A DNA stretch of 39,011 nt from a virus. Its lineage: Duplodnaviria > Caudoviricetes. The position numbers and the translations under genes are program-made. The notes below the pieces were generated by a model. It did no database searches, had not been told where the DNA came from, and was given only the letters and a program-made list of their open reading frames with translations. Positions 15,133-24,549 of this stretch are shown here, piece by piece. Numbering within the stretch: position 1 is the first letter of the stretch; each line of letters begins with the position of its first letter. The stretch is taken from positions 1 to 39,011 of the IMG/VR virus record IMGVR_UViG_3300036859_000283. One strand, 5' to 3'.

Positions 15133-16727
15133 TGGCGAGGAACCGCGGCGCGACGATTGCGACGGCGCCGGACGAACCGATTGGCCCTGGTGGGAAGTGC
15201 TCGTGTGGGGCCGCCTACGTCTGGGCGGAGGGCGCGTGGTGGTGTGGGGGCCAGGATCCGGCATGCCGGACGAAGCAAGCGGAGTTCGCGGTCACGGCCG
15301 AGGACAAGAAGACGAAGGCTCGGACCTGGTTGTATGTGCCGACCCATATCGGCGTGGCGTATGAAACGAGTCGCGCGAAGAACCGGATGCCAGGCGGGGC
15401 CGCGGGTGGCGCGAAGAGTCACATGCTCCGGTGGGGGATGTTGCGGAAGGCGATGACGATACCCGGGTATGAGGGACTCATGCTGCGCCGGACGTATGGC
15501 GAGCTCGAGCGGTCGCAGTTGCGCCGCTTGGCGGTGGATGTCCCTCGGCTCGGTGGGGTATATCACGAATCGAAGTACCTCGCGGAGTTTCCCCAGACGG
15601 GGGCTCTGATCGAAGCCGGACACTTGGACGACAAGACGGCGCTCTCGCGCTGGCTCTCGACTGAGTACGACGAGATTTCGGCGGATGAGGGCTCGACGTT
15701 CGATCCGAGCCACCTGATGGAGCTCTCGACCCGGGCGCGCTCGAGTAAGCCCGCGGTCCGGAAGGCGGGCGGGGCGCGGTTCAATGTGGGGACCAATCCT
15801 GGTGGGCCGGCGTGGGCGGTGCTGTGTGACTTGTTTGTGACGCACACGCCGGACTACGAGATGTTCCCGAAGTTGAAGGACAAATACGACCCGGCGCAGT
15901 GGCACTACTTGAAGGCCTTACTGGACGACAACCCGTACCGGGATCCGGATTACGAGGATTCGCTGGCGGTGTTAGGTGAGGCGCGGTACGAGCAGTTGCG
16001 GTGGGGGGCGGAGTTCATCACGGACGGGCAGTTTTTCCGGCAGTGGCGCGCGGAGAAGGACGGGAAGCCCTGGCATGTGCAGGTCCGGGATGTGGCAGAA
16101 CTCCGGTCGCTCGAATGGTTCTGTTCGCTCGACTGGGGCTACAACGCGCCCGGGGTCTTTCTCTGGTGGTGTTGTCTCCCGGACGGGCATTACCACATTG
16201 CGCGGGAGTGGAAGTTCCGCGAGACGCCAGCCAACGAGATCCATGAGCGGTTCTGGCAGATCACGGAACAGGAGCTCGGGATTGCGCGCCTGCGGTATGT
16301 GGTGGCGGACCCGGCAACAAAGCAGAAGACGGGTGCGGGACGTGGCGAGTCAGTGTTCGAAACGTTGACGAAGCGGATCGGGCGTCACAAGGGCTTGCCG
16401 ATGCGGGCCGGGGACAACGACCGTGCGAATGGATGGCAGCGCTGTCATCTGCTCTTGCGAGAGGCGACGGATGGTCAGCCCTGGGTGTCGGTGTCGCCGG
16501 AGTGCCGATACGGGATCCGATCGATGCCCAGGCTCGTGCAGGATCCGAACGACCCAGAAGACCTCGACACGACGAAAGACGACCACTGGGCGGACACGTT
16601 CCGCTATGGGGCGATGAGCCGTCCGAGCCCCACCCGAATCGTGAAGGACGACGCGCCGAAGCCGGGCCAGTGGGGCTTTGACACGGCGTGGGCGGACGCG
16701 CAGTCCAGTCAGGTGGTGATCGCGTGA
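15132..16727 (+). CDS. terL: Terminase large subunit
   Basis: Walker A GGAAGGAKS, Walker B EISADE, coupling motif GTNPGG, RNase H-like nuclease DWGYNAP...ADP...DHWADTFRY. Confidence 0.93.
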   Translation: MARNRGATIATAPDEPIGPGGKCSCGAAYVWAEGAWWCGGQDPACRTKQAEFAVTAEDKKTKARTWLYVPTHIGVAYETSRAKNRMPGGAAGGAKSHMLRWGMLRKAMTIPGYEGLMLRRTYGELERSQLRRLAVDVPRLGGVYHESKYLAEFPQTGALIEAGHLDDKTALSRWLSTEYDEISADEGSTFDPSHLMELSTRARSSKPAVRKAGGARFNVGTNPGGPAWAVLCDLFVTHTPDYEMFPKLKDKYDPAQWHYLKALLDDNPYRDPDYEDSLAVLGEARYEQLRWGAEFITDGQFFRQWRAEKDGKPWHVQVRDVAELRSLEWFCSLDWGYNAPGVFLWWCCLPDGHYHIAREWKFRETPANEIHERFWQITEQELGIARLRYVVADPATKQKTGAGRGESVFETLTKRIGRHKGLPMRAGDNDRANGWQRCHLLLREATDGQPWVSVSPECRYGIRSMPRLVQDPNDPEDLDTTKDDHWADTFRYGAMSRPSPTRIVKDDAPKPGQWGFDTAWADAQSSQVVIA

Positions 16728-18724
16728 TTGTGCCTCCGGTCCTCCCTGAGCCCGGCGCGGCAGTGACGCCAGAGGCTCCACCCACGGCGCCGTGGAGTCC
16801 GGGGCAGTCCCGTCCCTTGTCTGACGAGCAGCGGACGACCTGGGAGGCGTTGACCGAGCGCGGGTACAAGAAGGCGAAGACCTATCACCCGCAGTGGGAA
16901 CGATCGCTCGAGCGGTACGCGAAACCTCTGACGCCCAAACCCGGACAGGGGGACGAGATCAACGCCCTGCTGGACTACCGGCATGTGGAGAACCGGAAAG
17001 CGCAGCTCCACTTTGAAACCCCCGACGTCAACCTGACGCCGATTGATCCGACGGACCCGCAGCAGCCGATCGTCCAGATCCTTCCGCTCCGGGAGAAGGT
17101 CTTGAATCACACCCTAGGACCGGACGGAGCGGATCTGCAAGAGGCGGTCGATCAGACGATCGTCGATGCCACAGGGGCGTCGGGGTGGCTGGTGATCAAG
17201 GTCGGCCACGAAGAGGTGTCCTTACCGGATCCCGTGACGGGCACACCGGTCCCGATCTGGACCCGGCGGTTTCTCACGCCCATCTCGAGCAAGTCGGTCA
17301 TTGTCCCGGACGGGTTCAAGTCCACACGGTTTGACGAGGCGCCATTCCTCGCCATCAAGGGACGGGTACCGGTGTCCGTCGGCCGGCGGATGCAGTGGCT
17401 GATTCCGGCGGGGTTTGAAGGGACACTCAGTAAGGACGAGTCCCACTTCTCTGATGGGAGTGATGACCAGCAGGCCACCGAAGGACAATTGGAGTACATC
17501 GAGATTTGGTACAAAGCCCATCTCTACGATCCGGCGGTGTTCAACCCCGAACTGTATCGCTGCCTGATTCTCGTGAAGGGGCTGGACCAACCCGCCTGGC
17601 ACGTCGATTCGCCGTATCAGAGTTTGGATGAACGAGGGCAACTGACGGACGACTCCATGATCGGGAACCCGATTCATATGGGCGTCCTCCGGCAGATGCT
17701 GGACTCCGCCTATGTGCCATCCGATCTCGTCGTGGGGGAACAACTCTCGACCGAGCTCAATCGTTTCCGCACGGGGTTGATGCGGAACCGTCGGGGCCGA
17801 CGGCCGGTGACGTTGATCAACGACAAGGCCGGCGTCGGCCTCATCGAGAAGGTGGCGGCGAACGCCGGCCCGATTCCCACGCCCGAGGAGTACTTCGACG
17901 GGGCGGGCGGACAACGGTTGCTGTCGATTGTGCAAGCGGGGACGGAGCCTCGGGACAACTACACCGCGCAGACGATCATCGAGCACGACTGGCAGACCGG
18001 CATGGGGTCGGGCGATAACCAGGGCGGGCAGTTCTCGAAGCAGAAGACCACAGCGACGGAAGTACGGACGGTCCAGGCCAATTCCTCCGCGCGGGCCAAG
18101 AAGGACGAGAACCGGATGCGGGCGTGGGTGGTGAAGTTGATCCGCAAGTTCGATGCGGTCCTCACCCGGACGGCCACCCCCTCGGAGATTCAGAAGATTC
18201 TCGGCGTCCAAGGGGCGCAGCTCTGGGAGCAGTGGCGACAACTCCCCGGGCAGTACGCCTACCACATCCAACCGGATGCCGGGCGGTACCAGGATGCGAC
18301 GGAATACCGCGCCCAGAAGGTGAACGAGTACAACCTGTTTCGGAAGGATCCGCTCGTCGATCCGCAGGAGCTCTTGACGCAGGTGTTTACAGCCTTGGGG
18401 TACGACGCCGGGAAGATTGTCCGGCCCCCACAACCGGAGAAGCCGGAGCCCGTCAAGATCTCCGTGACGTTCAATGTCGAACAGGCGATGGCCGTCCCGG
18501 CAGAGATGAAACTATTGCTCGCGATTCTGACGCAGCAGGGGTATCAGATCCCGCCGGAGATTCAGGCCATGCTGGATGCCCAGGCCCAACTTAGGGCCGC
18601 GGTGGCGCAGCTGGTCCCAGAGCCGGGCGCGGAGCACGGCGGGTCGGCGGATCGCACGGAGCCGATCAACCAACATCAAACCGAACGCACGGGCGGGGTG
18701 ACGGGCGTGGGGAGGACGATGTGA
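16724..18724 (+). CDS. Portal protein (P22-like)
   Basis: ~666 aa directly after terL; KTTATEV motif; Q/P-rich C-terminus. Confidence 0.85.
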   Translation: MIVPPVLPEPGAAVTPEAPPTAPWSPGQSRPLSDEQRTTWEALTERGYKKAKTYHPQWERSLERYAKPLTPKPGQGDEINALLDYRHVENRKAQLHFETPDVNLTPIDPTDPQQPIVQILPLREKVLNHTLGPDGADLQEAVDQTIVDATGASGWLVIKVGHEEVSLPDPVTGTPVPIWTRRFLTPISSKSVIVPDGFKSTRFDEAPFLAIKGRVPVSVGRRMQWLIPAGFEGTLSKDESHFSDGSDDQQATEGQLEYIEIWYKAHLYDPAVFNPELYRCLILVKGLDQPAWHVDSPYQSLDERGQLTDDSMIGNPIHMGVLRQMLDSAYVPSDLVVGEQLSTELNRFRTGLMRNRRGRRPVTLINDKAGVGLIEKVAANAGPIPTPEEYFDGAGGQRLLSIVQAGTEPRDNYTAQTIIEHDWQTGMGSGDNQGGQFSKQKTTATEVRTVQANSSARAKKDENRMRAWVVKLIRKFDAVLTRTATPSEIQKILGVQGAQLWEQWRQLPGQYAYHIQPDAGRYQDATEYRAQKVNEYNLFRKDPLVDPQELLTQVFTALGYDAGKIVRPPQPEKPEPVKISVTFNVEQAMAVPAEMKLLLAILTQQGYQIPPEIQAMLDAQAQLRAAVAQLVPEPGAEHGGSADRTEPINQHQTERTGGVTGVGRTM

Positions 18725-19125
18725 CCTGTGATCGCTGTGGCGTCGAGCTCGCCATCGGAGACTTTCCGTTCTGTCCTCATGGCGCCGTGCGTGTGGGGCG
18801 TGGGGCGGATGTGACATGGCCAGGGGGGAAGACCTTCGAGAACCTCGGGGATCGTCCGGTCACGTTCTATTCGCCCGCCGAGCAGTCGCGGTACCTGAAG
18901 GCCCACGGGATCGAGTCCATCGTCCGTCATCAGCCGGTTCGAGGATCAGACAAGAGTCCCTATACGACCTCGTGGGCCTCGGGACTCCCGCAGGAGTACC
19001 TGGACGGCGTGGCGGCGATGTTGGCGCGCGCGGGGAAGACGCATCACGAATCGCCCTCGTACGTCAAGCACATGTCCGTTACAATATCCGACGTGGTCGA
19101 GACAGTGCGCGGGAGTCTCGCGTGA
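18721..19125 (+). CDS. Zn-ribbon hypothetical protein
   Basis: CDRCG...FCPHG; follows the portal; GGAGG RBS. Confidence 0.7.
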   Translation: MTCDRCGVELAIGDFPFCPHGAVRVGRGADVTWPGGKTFENLGDRPVTFYSPAEQSRYLKAHGIESIVRHQPVRGSDKSPYTTSWASGLPQEYLDGVAAMLARAGKTHHESPSYVKHMSVTISDVVETVRGSLA

Positions 19126-19391
19126 TTCTGCAGCCGAACGGACAGCCGGCCCGGAAGAAGATCGTGGACCTCACCGCGAATCCCACGCTCTTCTCGTTTC
19201 TCATGACCGGCGATCCGATGCAGCTCTTTTCGTCGCATGGGCTCGTCTTGGACTGCCGCACCTGCAAGCTGCCGGTCCAGGCGAGTAACGGACTAGCAGA
19301 CGGGACATGGCGCGTGGAATGCGGCTGCACGGAGTGGCGGTGCGCGAGTGCCGCCGCCAGAGGCACACGGTTGACCACGAGGACACACTGA
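19122..19391 (+). CDS. Zn-binding hypothetical protein
   Basis: CRTC...CGC; GTGA overlap. Confidence 0.6.
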   Translation: MILQPNGQPARKKIVDLTANPTLFSFLMTGDPMQLFSSHGLVLDCRTCKLPVQASNGLADGTWRVECGCTEWRCASAAARGTRLTTRTH

Positions 19392-19423
19392 TGAAGAAAC
19401 GCGGCGGCAAGAAAAAGTGTTGA
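19391..19423 (+). CDS. Basic micro-peptide MKKRGGKKKC
   Basis: TGATG coupling and GAGGA RBS. Confidence 0.45.
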   Translation: MKKRGGKKKC

Positions 19424-19509
19424 GCCGGTAAGGCTCACAGGTTCGCGCTAGGCCGGCCAGCCGAAGACCCGTTGCCCACGGGCGCGCGAGCACAAGGGCA
19501 AGCAGACAC

Positions 19510-19566
19510 AGGGCGGTCTGTTCGTCTCGAGACGATCTCGAGCGGATAGGCCGCCCTTTTTGTTTG
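19510..19566 (+). terminator. Long hairpin plus U-tract (terminator or RNase III-type site) upstream of the head genes
   Basis: AGGGCGGTCTGTTCG-T-CTCGAGA cga TCTCGAG-CGGATAGGCCGCCCT, then TTTTGTTT. Confidence 0.7.
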
Positions 19567-19615
19567 TGCGCCCACGTTTTCGCGGCACCGCCAGCGAGAG
19601 AGCGGTGAAGGACGT

Positions 19616-20611
19616 ATGGAGCAGAGCGCACCGACGACAACGATAGGCAACGCCGAAGCGGCGCTGGCCTTGGCCGACTCGTCCTCGGCCGACACGCAGA
19701 CGACTCAGACCCCTTCTGTCGAATCGACCGCTGCCGCGACAGTGCAGCCAGACGGGCAGGAGACGCCTGCGGCCACGGAGACCCCCACGCCCGGCGAACC
19801 GCCCAAGTGGCGGTGGCAGGACATCCTGGCGAACGCGCGCGAGACCTCGGCGAAGGAAGCCGAGACGCGCGCCCGTCAGGAACTGGAGCAGCAGTACGGA
19901 TGGGCCAAGGACGTCGCCGAGCACGAGCGTCAGGGGCTCCTGACGTGGCGCGCGGCGATGAACGGAGACCCGCAGGCGCTGGCACACCTCAAGGCCAATC
20001 CCCAGGTCGTGACCTGGTTGAAAGGCTTGATGGAGCCGGCGCAGACGGCACCGGATCCTGAGCCCGAACCGGACTTGCAGACGGCGGATGGCACGCCGGT
20101 CTACTCCGCGATGCGTCAACGCGAATGGCGCGAGTGGAACAACCGGCAACTCACCGGCACCTTCGAGCAGAAGTTGCAGAAGGCCCTTCAGCCGTTACAG
20201 ACCGTCGCGCACACCTTCCAATCGCGTGAATCCGAAGCCGCCTATAACACGACGGTCTCGGGTGTCATCGCGAAAATGGAGGCGGCGGATCCGACCTTCA
20301 AGACGCACCGCAAGGATGTGGCGGACCTGATCATGAACGATCCCAAGCTCCGCACGATGGCGCTGGGGGATGGTCAGCAGTCCGCCGATCCCGAAACAGC
20401 TCTCGAAATTGCGTGGAGCCGGGTGTATCGCGCGAAGGTGCTTCCAGGCCAGCAGCAACAGTCCGAAGCGCAGGTGATCTCCACGCTGCAACAGCGTGCC
20501 GTCGCGGCGACCACGAATCCCGCGTCGGCCACCAGTGCCACGCCCAAGTCGATGCTCGGAGACGCGCGCGCCGCGCTCGAGCATGCGTACGCGGTGGTAG
20601 GCAAGGAGTAA
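19616..20611 (+). CDS. Capsid scaffolding protein
   Basis: Disordered T/E/P-rich N-terminus and helical body; immediately upstream of the capsid gene. Confidence 0.75.
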   Translation: MEQSAPTTTIGNAEAALALADSSSADTQTTQTPSVESTAAATVQPDGQETPAATETPTPGEPPKWRWQDILANARETSAKEAETRARQELEQQYGWAKDVAEHERQGLLTWRAAMNGDPQALAHLKANPQVVTWLKGLMEPAQTAPDPEPEPDLQTADGTPVYSAMRQREWREWNNRQLTGTFEQKLQKALQPLQTVAHTFQSRESEAAYNTTVSGVIAKMEAADPTFKTHRKDVADLIMNDPKLRTMALGDGQQSADPETALEIAWSRVYRAKVLPGQQQQSEAQVISTLQQRAVAATTNPASATSATPKSMLGDARAALEHAYAVVGKE

Positions 20612-20614
20612 ACG

Positions 20615-21583
20615 ATGGCGAATCCCAACGTGGGACAGCGTCTGGCGGTGGCGTGGCCGAACTTCATCGGCAAAACGCCGTTCGACCAGATCTTCCCCCA
20701 GTACTGGATGCTGGACCGGCTGAAGTCCGGCAAGGCATTCAAAGGGTTCGACGGGGGCACCTCGATTCAGGGGGGCACCGAGTACGCGATGAACACGACG
20801 GTGACGCCGATGTCGCCGTATGGCACCGTCGATACCACCCATATCGACGTGTTCGATCAGTTCGACTTTGCCTGGAAGATGTACGGCGGCACCGCCGTCC
20901 TGTCCACCCAGGACACAGCCGAAAACAGCGGCTCGAGCAAGAAGATCGATCTTGAGGCGGCCACCATGGAGAACCTCAAGAAGTCGATGATGGACAAGCT
21001 GTCCGTCGGCATCTACAGCGACGGCACCGGCACCGGCTCCCTGCAGATTGGCGGCCTCCAGCTGCTCGTCCCGACGGACCCGACCACCGGCACCCGCGGG
21101 TCCATCAACGGCGCGACGTTTTCGTTCTGGCGGTCGCAGACGGCTTCCGGCACGCAGACCTCGAGCGCCTACGACAACCTCCGTGGGGCGATGCGGACGA
21201 TCTACACCGCCTGCTCGAATGGGTACTCCACCGAGCATCCGGAGTGGTTCACCTTCACGTCCACCGACTTCAACGGCTACGAGTCGCTGCTCGTGCCCAA
21301 CGAACGCTTCACCGACAAGAGCGTGGGGGACGGCGGGTTCAAGAACGAGTCGCTGAAGTTCAAGGGGGCGGTGGTCAGCTATGACGGGGATAACCCGTCG
21401 GCGACGGGCTACGCGCTCAACAGCCAGCACATCAAGCTGGGCTATCTCAATGGCTTCTGGATGAAGGGCTATCCGGCAGTCGATCCCGCCAACCAGTTCG
21501 TGGAGGTCTTCAAGATCGAGACCAAGGCGAACCTCTTCACGACGACGCCACGCCATCTCGGCGTGATCACGTCGATCAGCTAA
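20615..21583 (+). CDS. Major capsid protein (HK97 fold)
   Basis: 322 aa after the scaffold; AAGGAG RBS; DGG..I...EY, DGTG...I.GL, G.IN.AT.SFW, F.G..V.YD, PR..GV motifs; strong codon bias. Confidence 0.88.
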   Translation: MANPNVGQRLAVAWPNFIGKTPFDQIFPQYWMLDRLKSGKAFKGFDGGTSIQGGTEYAMNTTVTPMSPYGTVDTTHIDVFDQFDFAWKMYGGTAVLSTQDTAENSGSSKKIDLEAATMENLKKSMMDKLSVGIYSDGTGTGSLQIGGLQLLVPTDPTTGTRGSINGATFSFWRSQTASGTQTSSAYDNLRGAMRTIYTACSNGYSTEHPEWFTFTSTDFNGYESLLVPNERFTDKSVGDGGFKNESLKFKGAVVSYDGDNPSATGYALNSQHIKLGYLNGFWMKGYPAVDPANQFVEVFKIETKANLFTTTPRHLGVITSIS

Positions 21584-21597
21584 GGAGGGAGACGACC

Positions 21598-22329
21598 ATG
21601 CCGAATCTTCGATCGACTCCCGTCGCGCTCGGGGCGAGCGCGTTCACCTCCAGTAGCGTCCAGCAGCATGCCCTCGGCTCGTACGGCGAAGCTTACGGCG
21701 GGCGGAAGTTCCGGTATGTCAAGGCCGGGGCCTCTGCGCTCGTGGTGGGCAACGCCATCCAAGCCACGATCGAGGACGTGGATCACGATGACATCGCCGT
21801 GCGAGCCACAGCGGCCGGCTCGACGGAACTGCTCATCACGACCGGGGCGTCAGGCGGCGCCTTGGATGTCAATGAGTACGCCGGCGGCTGGGCGGTCATC
21901 GACACGACCCCTGGGCTCGGCTACGTCTACCGGATCAAGAACCACGCGGCGATTGCGGCGTCCACCAACGGCACGCTCGTGCTCGAGGATGACGATCCGA
22001 TTCAGGTGGCCCTGACGACCTCGTCCAAGGTCACCCTGATGAAGAACCCGTATCAGGACGTGATCCAGCATCCGGTCACCACGGCCTCCAACGTGTGCGT
22101 CGGCGGGTGTGTGTACCCGATCGCCGCGACGGAGTACGGCTGGATCCAGACCGGCGGACCGGGCGCGGCGCTCATTGCGGGCACGCCTGGGGTGGGCCAG
22201 CCGGTGACGTCCGTGGGCGCGACCGCGGGTGCGCTCTCGGTGCATTCGGCCGAGCTCTCGAACGTGGCGTACATGATGGTCACCGGACGCTCGGGCAAGG
22301 TCTGCCCGGTGTTCTGGCTGCTCGATTAA
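21598..22329 (+). CDS. Capsid-associated (decoration/cement-like) protein
   Basis: GRKFRYVKAG...YGWIQTGG pattern; directly after the capsid gene; TAAGGAGG RBS. Confidence 0.65.
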   Translation: MPNLRSTPVALGASAFTSSSVQQHALGSYGEAYGGRKFRYVKAGASALVVGNAIQATIEDVDHDDIAVRATAAGSTELLITTGASGGALDVNEYAGGWAVIDTTPGLGYVYRIKNHAAIAASTNGTLVLEDDDPIQVALTTSSKVTLMKNPYQDVIQHPVTTASNVCVGGCVYPIAATEYGWIQTGGPGAALIAGTPGVGQPVTSVGATAGALSVHSAELSNVAYMMVTGRSGKVCPVFWLLD

Positions 22330-22330
22330 C

Positions 22331-22377
22331 AGGCGCAAGCCTCCGGGGCGGTCCACCGTGGCCGCTCCGGTCTTTCT
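22331..22377 (+). terminator. Tandem hairpins, probable intrinsic terminator after the head genes
   Basis: AGGC-GCAA-GCCT, then CCGGGGCGGTCCA/TGGCCGCTCCGG, followed by TCTTTCT. Confidence 0.6.
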
Positions 22378-22391
22378 GAGATGAGGGACAG

Positions 22392-22982
22392 ATGGCAGAA
22401 AAGCGCCGATTCCTGCAGCCGGTCGAAGTCAGCGGACCTCTCACGGAAGCGGGTGTCCGTGTGGTCACGACGACCGGCACACAGACGCTGACAAACAAGA
22501 CCCTGACCAACCCCACGATTACCGGCGCGACGTCCTCGGGGGTGACGCCGGTGAACGTGACGGGATCCACGGTGACCCTGGGCGCCACGCACGTGGGGCG
22601 CGTCACCACGTTGAACCGTGCGGCCGGGATTGCCGTGACGCTGCCGGCGGCGACGGGGAGTGGAGACCGCTACACCCTGATCGTGGGGACCACGTTCACG
22701 GGCGCCGCGACGGTGAAGGTGGCGAGCAACACGGACTACATGATCGGCATGGCGCTGCTCAATGCGGATAGCGGCGCGACCACGGTCGGATTCGCCACGG
22801 CGAACACCGGGACCGTGGCGACGGAAGACGACACCATCGATCTACTCGGCACCTCCAATTCCACGGGCGGATTCAAGGGTGAAGTGATCGAACTGATCGA
22901 CATCGCGACGGCGGTGTGGTCGGTGCGCGTGTGGTCGGAAGCCGGCGGCACGGAAGCGACCCCGTTTAGCGCCACGGTCTAA
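22392..22982 (+). CDS. Virion structural protein (Thr-rich)
   Basis: TQTLTNKTLTNPTI fibre-type motif; LNRAAGIAVTLPAATGSG; ATPFSATV C-terminus. Confidence 0.65.
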   Translation: MAEKRRFLQPVEVSGPLTEAGVRVVTTTGTQTLTNKTLTNPTITGATSSGVTPVNVTGSTVTLGATHVGRVTTLNRAAGIAVTLPAATGSGDRYTLIVGTTFTGAATVKVASNTDYMIGMALLNADSGATTVGFATANTGTVATEDDTIDLLGTSNSTGGFKGEVIELIDIATAVWSVRVWSEAGGTEATPFSATV

Positions 22983-22985
22983 CCG

Positions 22986-23606
22986 ATGGCCTACGGCTCG
23001 AAGGCGTACAAGCGAGCGAAACGAGAGGCGGACGCGCGGGAGGCTGCGCGTCTCGCGTCACAGGAGAGAGCGATGCCGGAAGAGAACGTCCCCACCGTGG
23101 CGGAGTTGCAGGCGCAGATCGCGCAGCTGACGGCGGCGCTCGGCCGCGCACAGGGCGCGGATGATGTCACGCCCTCCGCGATCGAGCGGATGTTGGCGGT
23201 GCTCGAGCAGCAGGCCAAGACGCAAGCCACACACGTGGAACGCACCGCCCCACGCGAGAACCCCAACTACAAGGCGGTGAGCATCTTCCTGCAGGAGAAC
23301 GGCGAGCCGTGGGCCAAGCTCCTGAAGTGCGACATGTACTTGGGATTGATGCACCTCAATCGCACGCCGATGACCAAGGCGGAAGTGGACGCATGGAACC
23401 ACGTGGAACCAATCGTGGACGCCAGGCTTCGCAAGATGGACGGATCGTCGGTCCTCGCGACGGTCACGGCCAAACGGGACGCCGTGGGCCGGATTGACCA
23501 GATGACGGTCCTCCTCCCGCTGAAGAAGGAAGACAACCCGCAACTCTACTCTCCGTTGGCGGACATTGCGGCGCAATTGGCCGCACAGGTGACGGTGGCG
23601 GCGTGA
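22986..23606 (+). CDS. Hypothetical protein with coiled coil
   Basis: Coupled ORF in the structural module. Confidence 0.7.
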   Translation: MAYGSKAYKRAKREADAREAARLASQERAMPEENVPTVAELQAQIAQLTAALGRAQGADDVTPSAIERMLAVLEQQAKTQATHVERTAPRENPNYKAVSIFLQENGEPWAKLLKCDMYLGLMHLNRTPMTKAEVDAWNHVEPIVDARLRKMDGSSVLATVTAKRDAVGRIDQMTVLLPLKKEDNPQLYSPLADIAAQLAAQVTVAA

Positions 23607-24289
23607 CCTTCCTGCAGATGAAACAGCGGTTGGCTCGTCGCACGGGCGCGAAGAGTGCAACGCTGGTGACCGCAACGGACACGCTCTTTGGCGAGTACCT
23701 CAACGAGACGTACCACGCCATTCTGCGGAAGCCGTGGGCCACCCATCTGCGGGACACGACGACCACGAAAGCCTCCGTCGCTGGGACGCAGTCATACAGC
23801 GTCACGAGTTGCGCGCGCATCAATCGCATCTGGGATCCGACCGGCCAGATCAAACTGACAATGCGGACCCTGCAATGGTTGCGGGTGACCGATCCCAATC
23901 CGGTGCAGGGCACGCCGGTGTTTTGGATCCCGACAGACGTTACGAAGACCACGCAGGTGTTTTTACTCGAGCCGATTCCGTCGGCGGTCGTGACCTACAC
24001 GCTCGACATCACCTCCCCCATCACGGAGCTGAGCGCGGAGGGGGATGTGCCTCTGCTCCCAGACGATTTCCATGATCTCTTGATCGACGGGGCGGAACAG
24101 CGGGTGTTGGTGAAGAAGGACGATCCCGACCGCTGGCAGTTGGTGAAGACCCGCTTCGAGGACGGGCGGAAAGATCTGCAGTCGTGGATTGCGGGTCATC
24201 CGGACTGGCGTCCGAACTTCGGCGGAGCCATGGCGGAATTCTCGTCACTCGGCGCGCAGTTCCCAGCGGATACCGAGGTGTGGTCGTGA
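23603..24289 (+). CDS. Head-tail adaptor / tail tubular protein A-like
   Basis: MTFLQM...YLNE...W...GTQSYS...P.P...D.PLLPDDFHDLLIDGA. Confidence 0.75.
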   Translation: MTFLQMKQRLARRTGAKSATLVTATDTLFGEYLNETYHAILRKPWATHLRDTTTTKASVAGTQSYSVTSCARINRIWDPTGQIKLTMRTLQWLRVTDPNPVQGTPVFWIPTDVTKTTQVFLLEPIPSAVVTYTLDITSPITELSAEGDVPLLPDDFHDLLIDGAEQRVLVKKDDPDRWQLVKTRFEDGRKDLQSWIAGHPDWRPNFGGAMAEFSSLGAQFPADTEVWS

Positions 24290-24549
24290 AATACGCCTTC
24301 GACACGACGGACGAGCAAGAGGATGCCATCACGTACAAGCGCCTCAAGCTCAACGTCGAGTTGGAGAAGGCTGGACAACCAACCTACGACGACAATGCCT
24401 CGTACGTGGCGTTTTTCGTCGCTACCGCCATCATCGGCCCGCTGATCGTGGAGTTCGTCGAATCCAAACTCCAGAAGGTGGCGGACGCCTACCGTGCGGC
24501 CACGGATACCGACCGGAAGACCGTGGAAGGGACGCTGAAGGTTGGCTAG
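24286..24549 (+). CDS. Hypothetical protein
   Basis: GTGA overlap and GAGG RBS. Confidence 0.65.
   Translation: MKYAFDTTDEQEDAITYKRLKLNVELEKAGQPTYDDNASYVAFFVATAIIGPLIVEFVESKLQKVADAYRAATDTDRKTVEGTLKVG

Noticed and set aside
20195-21556. Long minus-strand ORFs (453 aa here; also 17222-18433 and 14904-15905)
   Set aside because: Shadow ORFs of GC-rich, codon-biased + strand genes, with no recognisable motifs.
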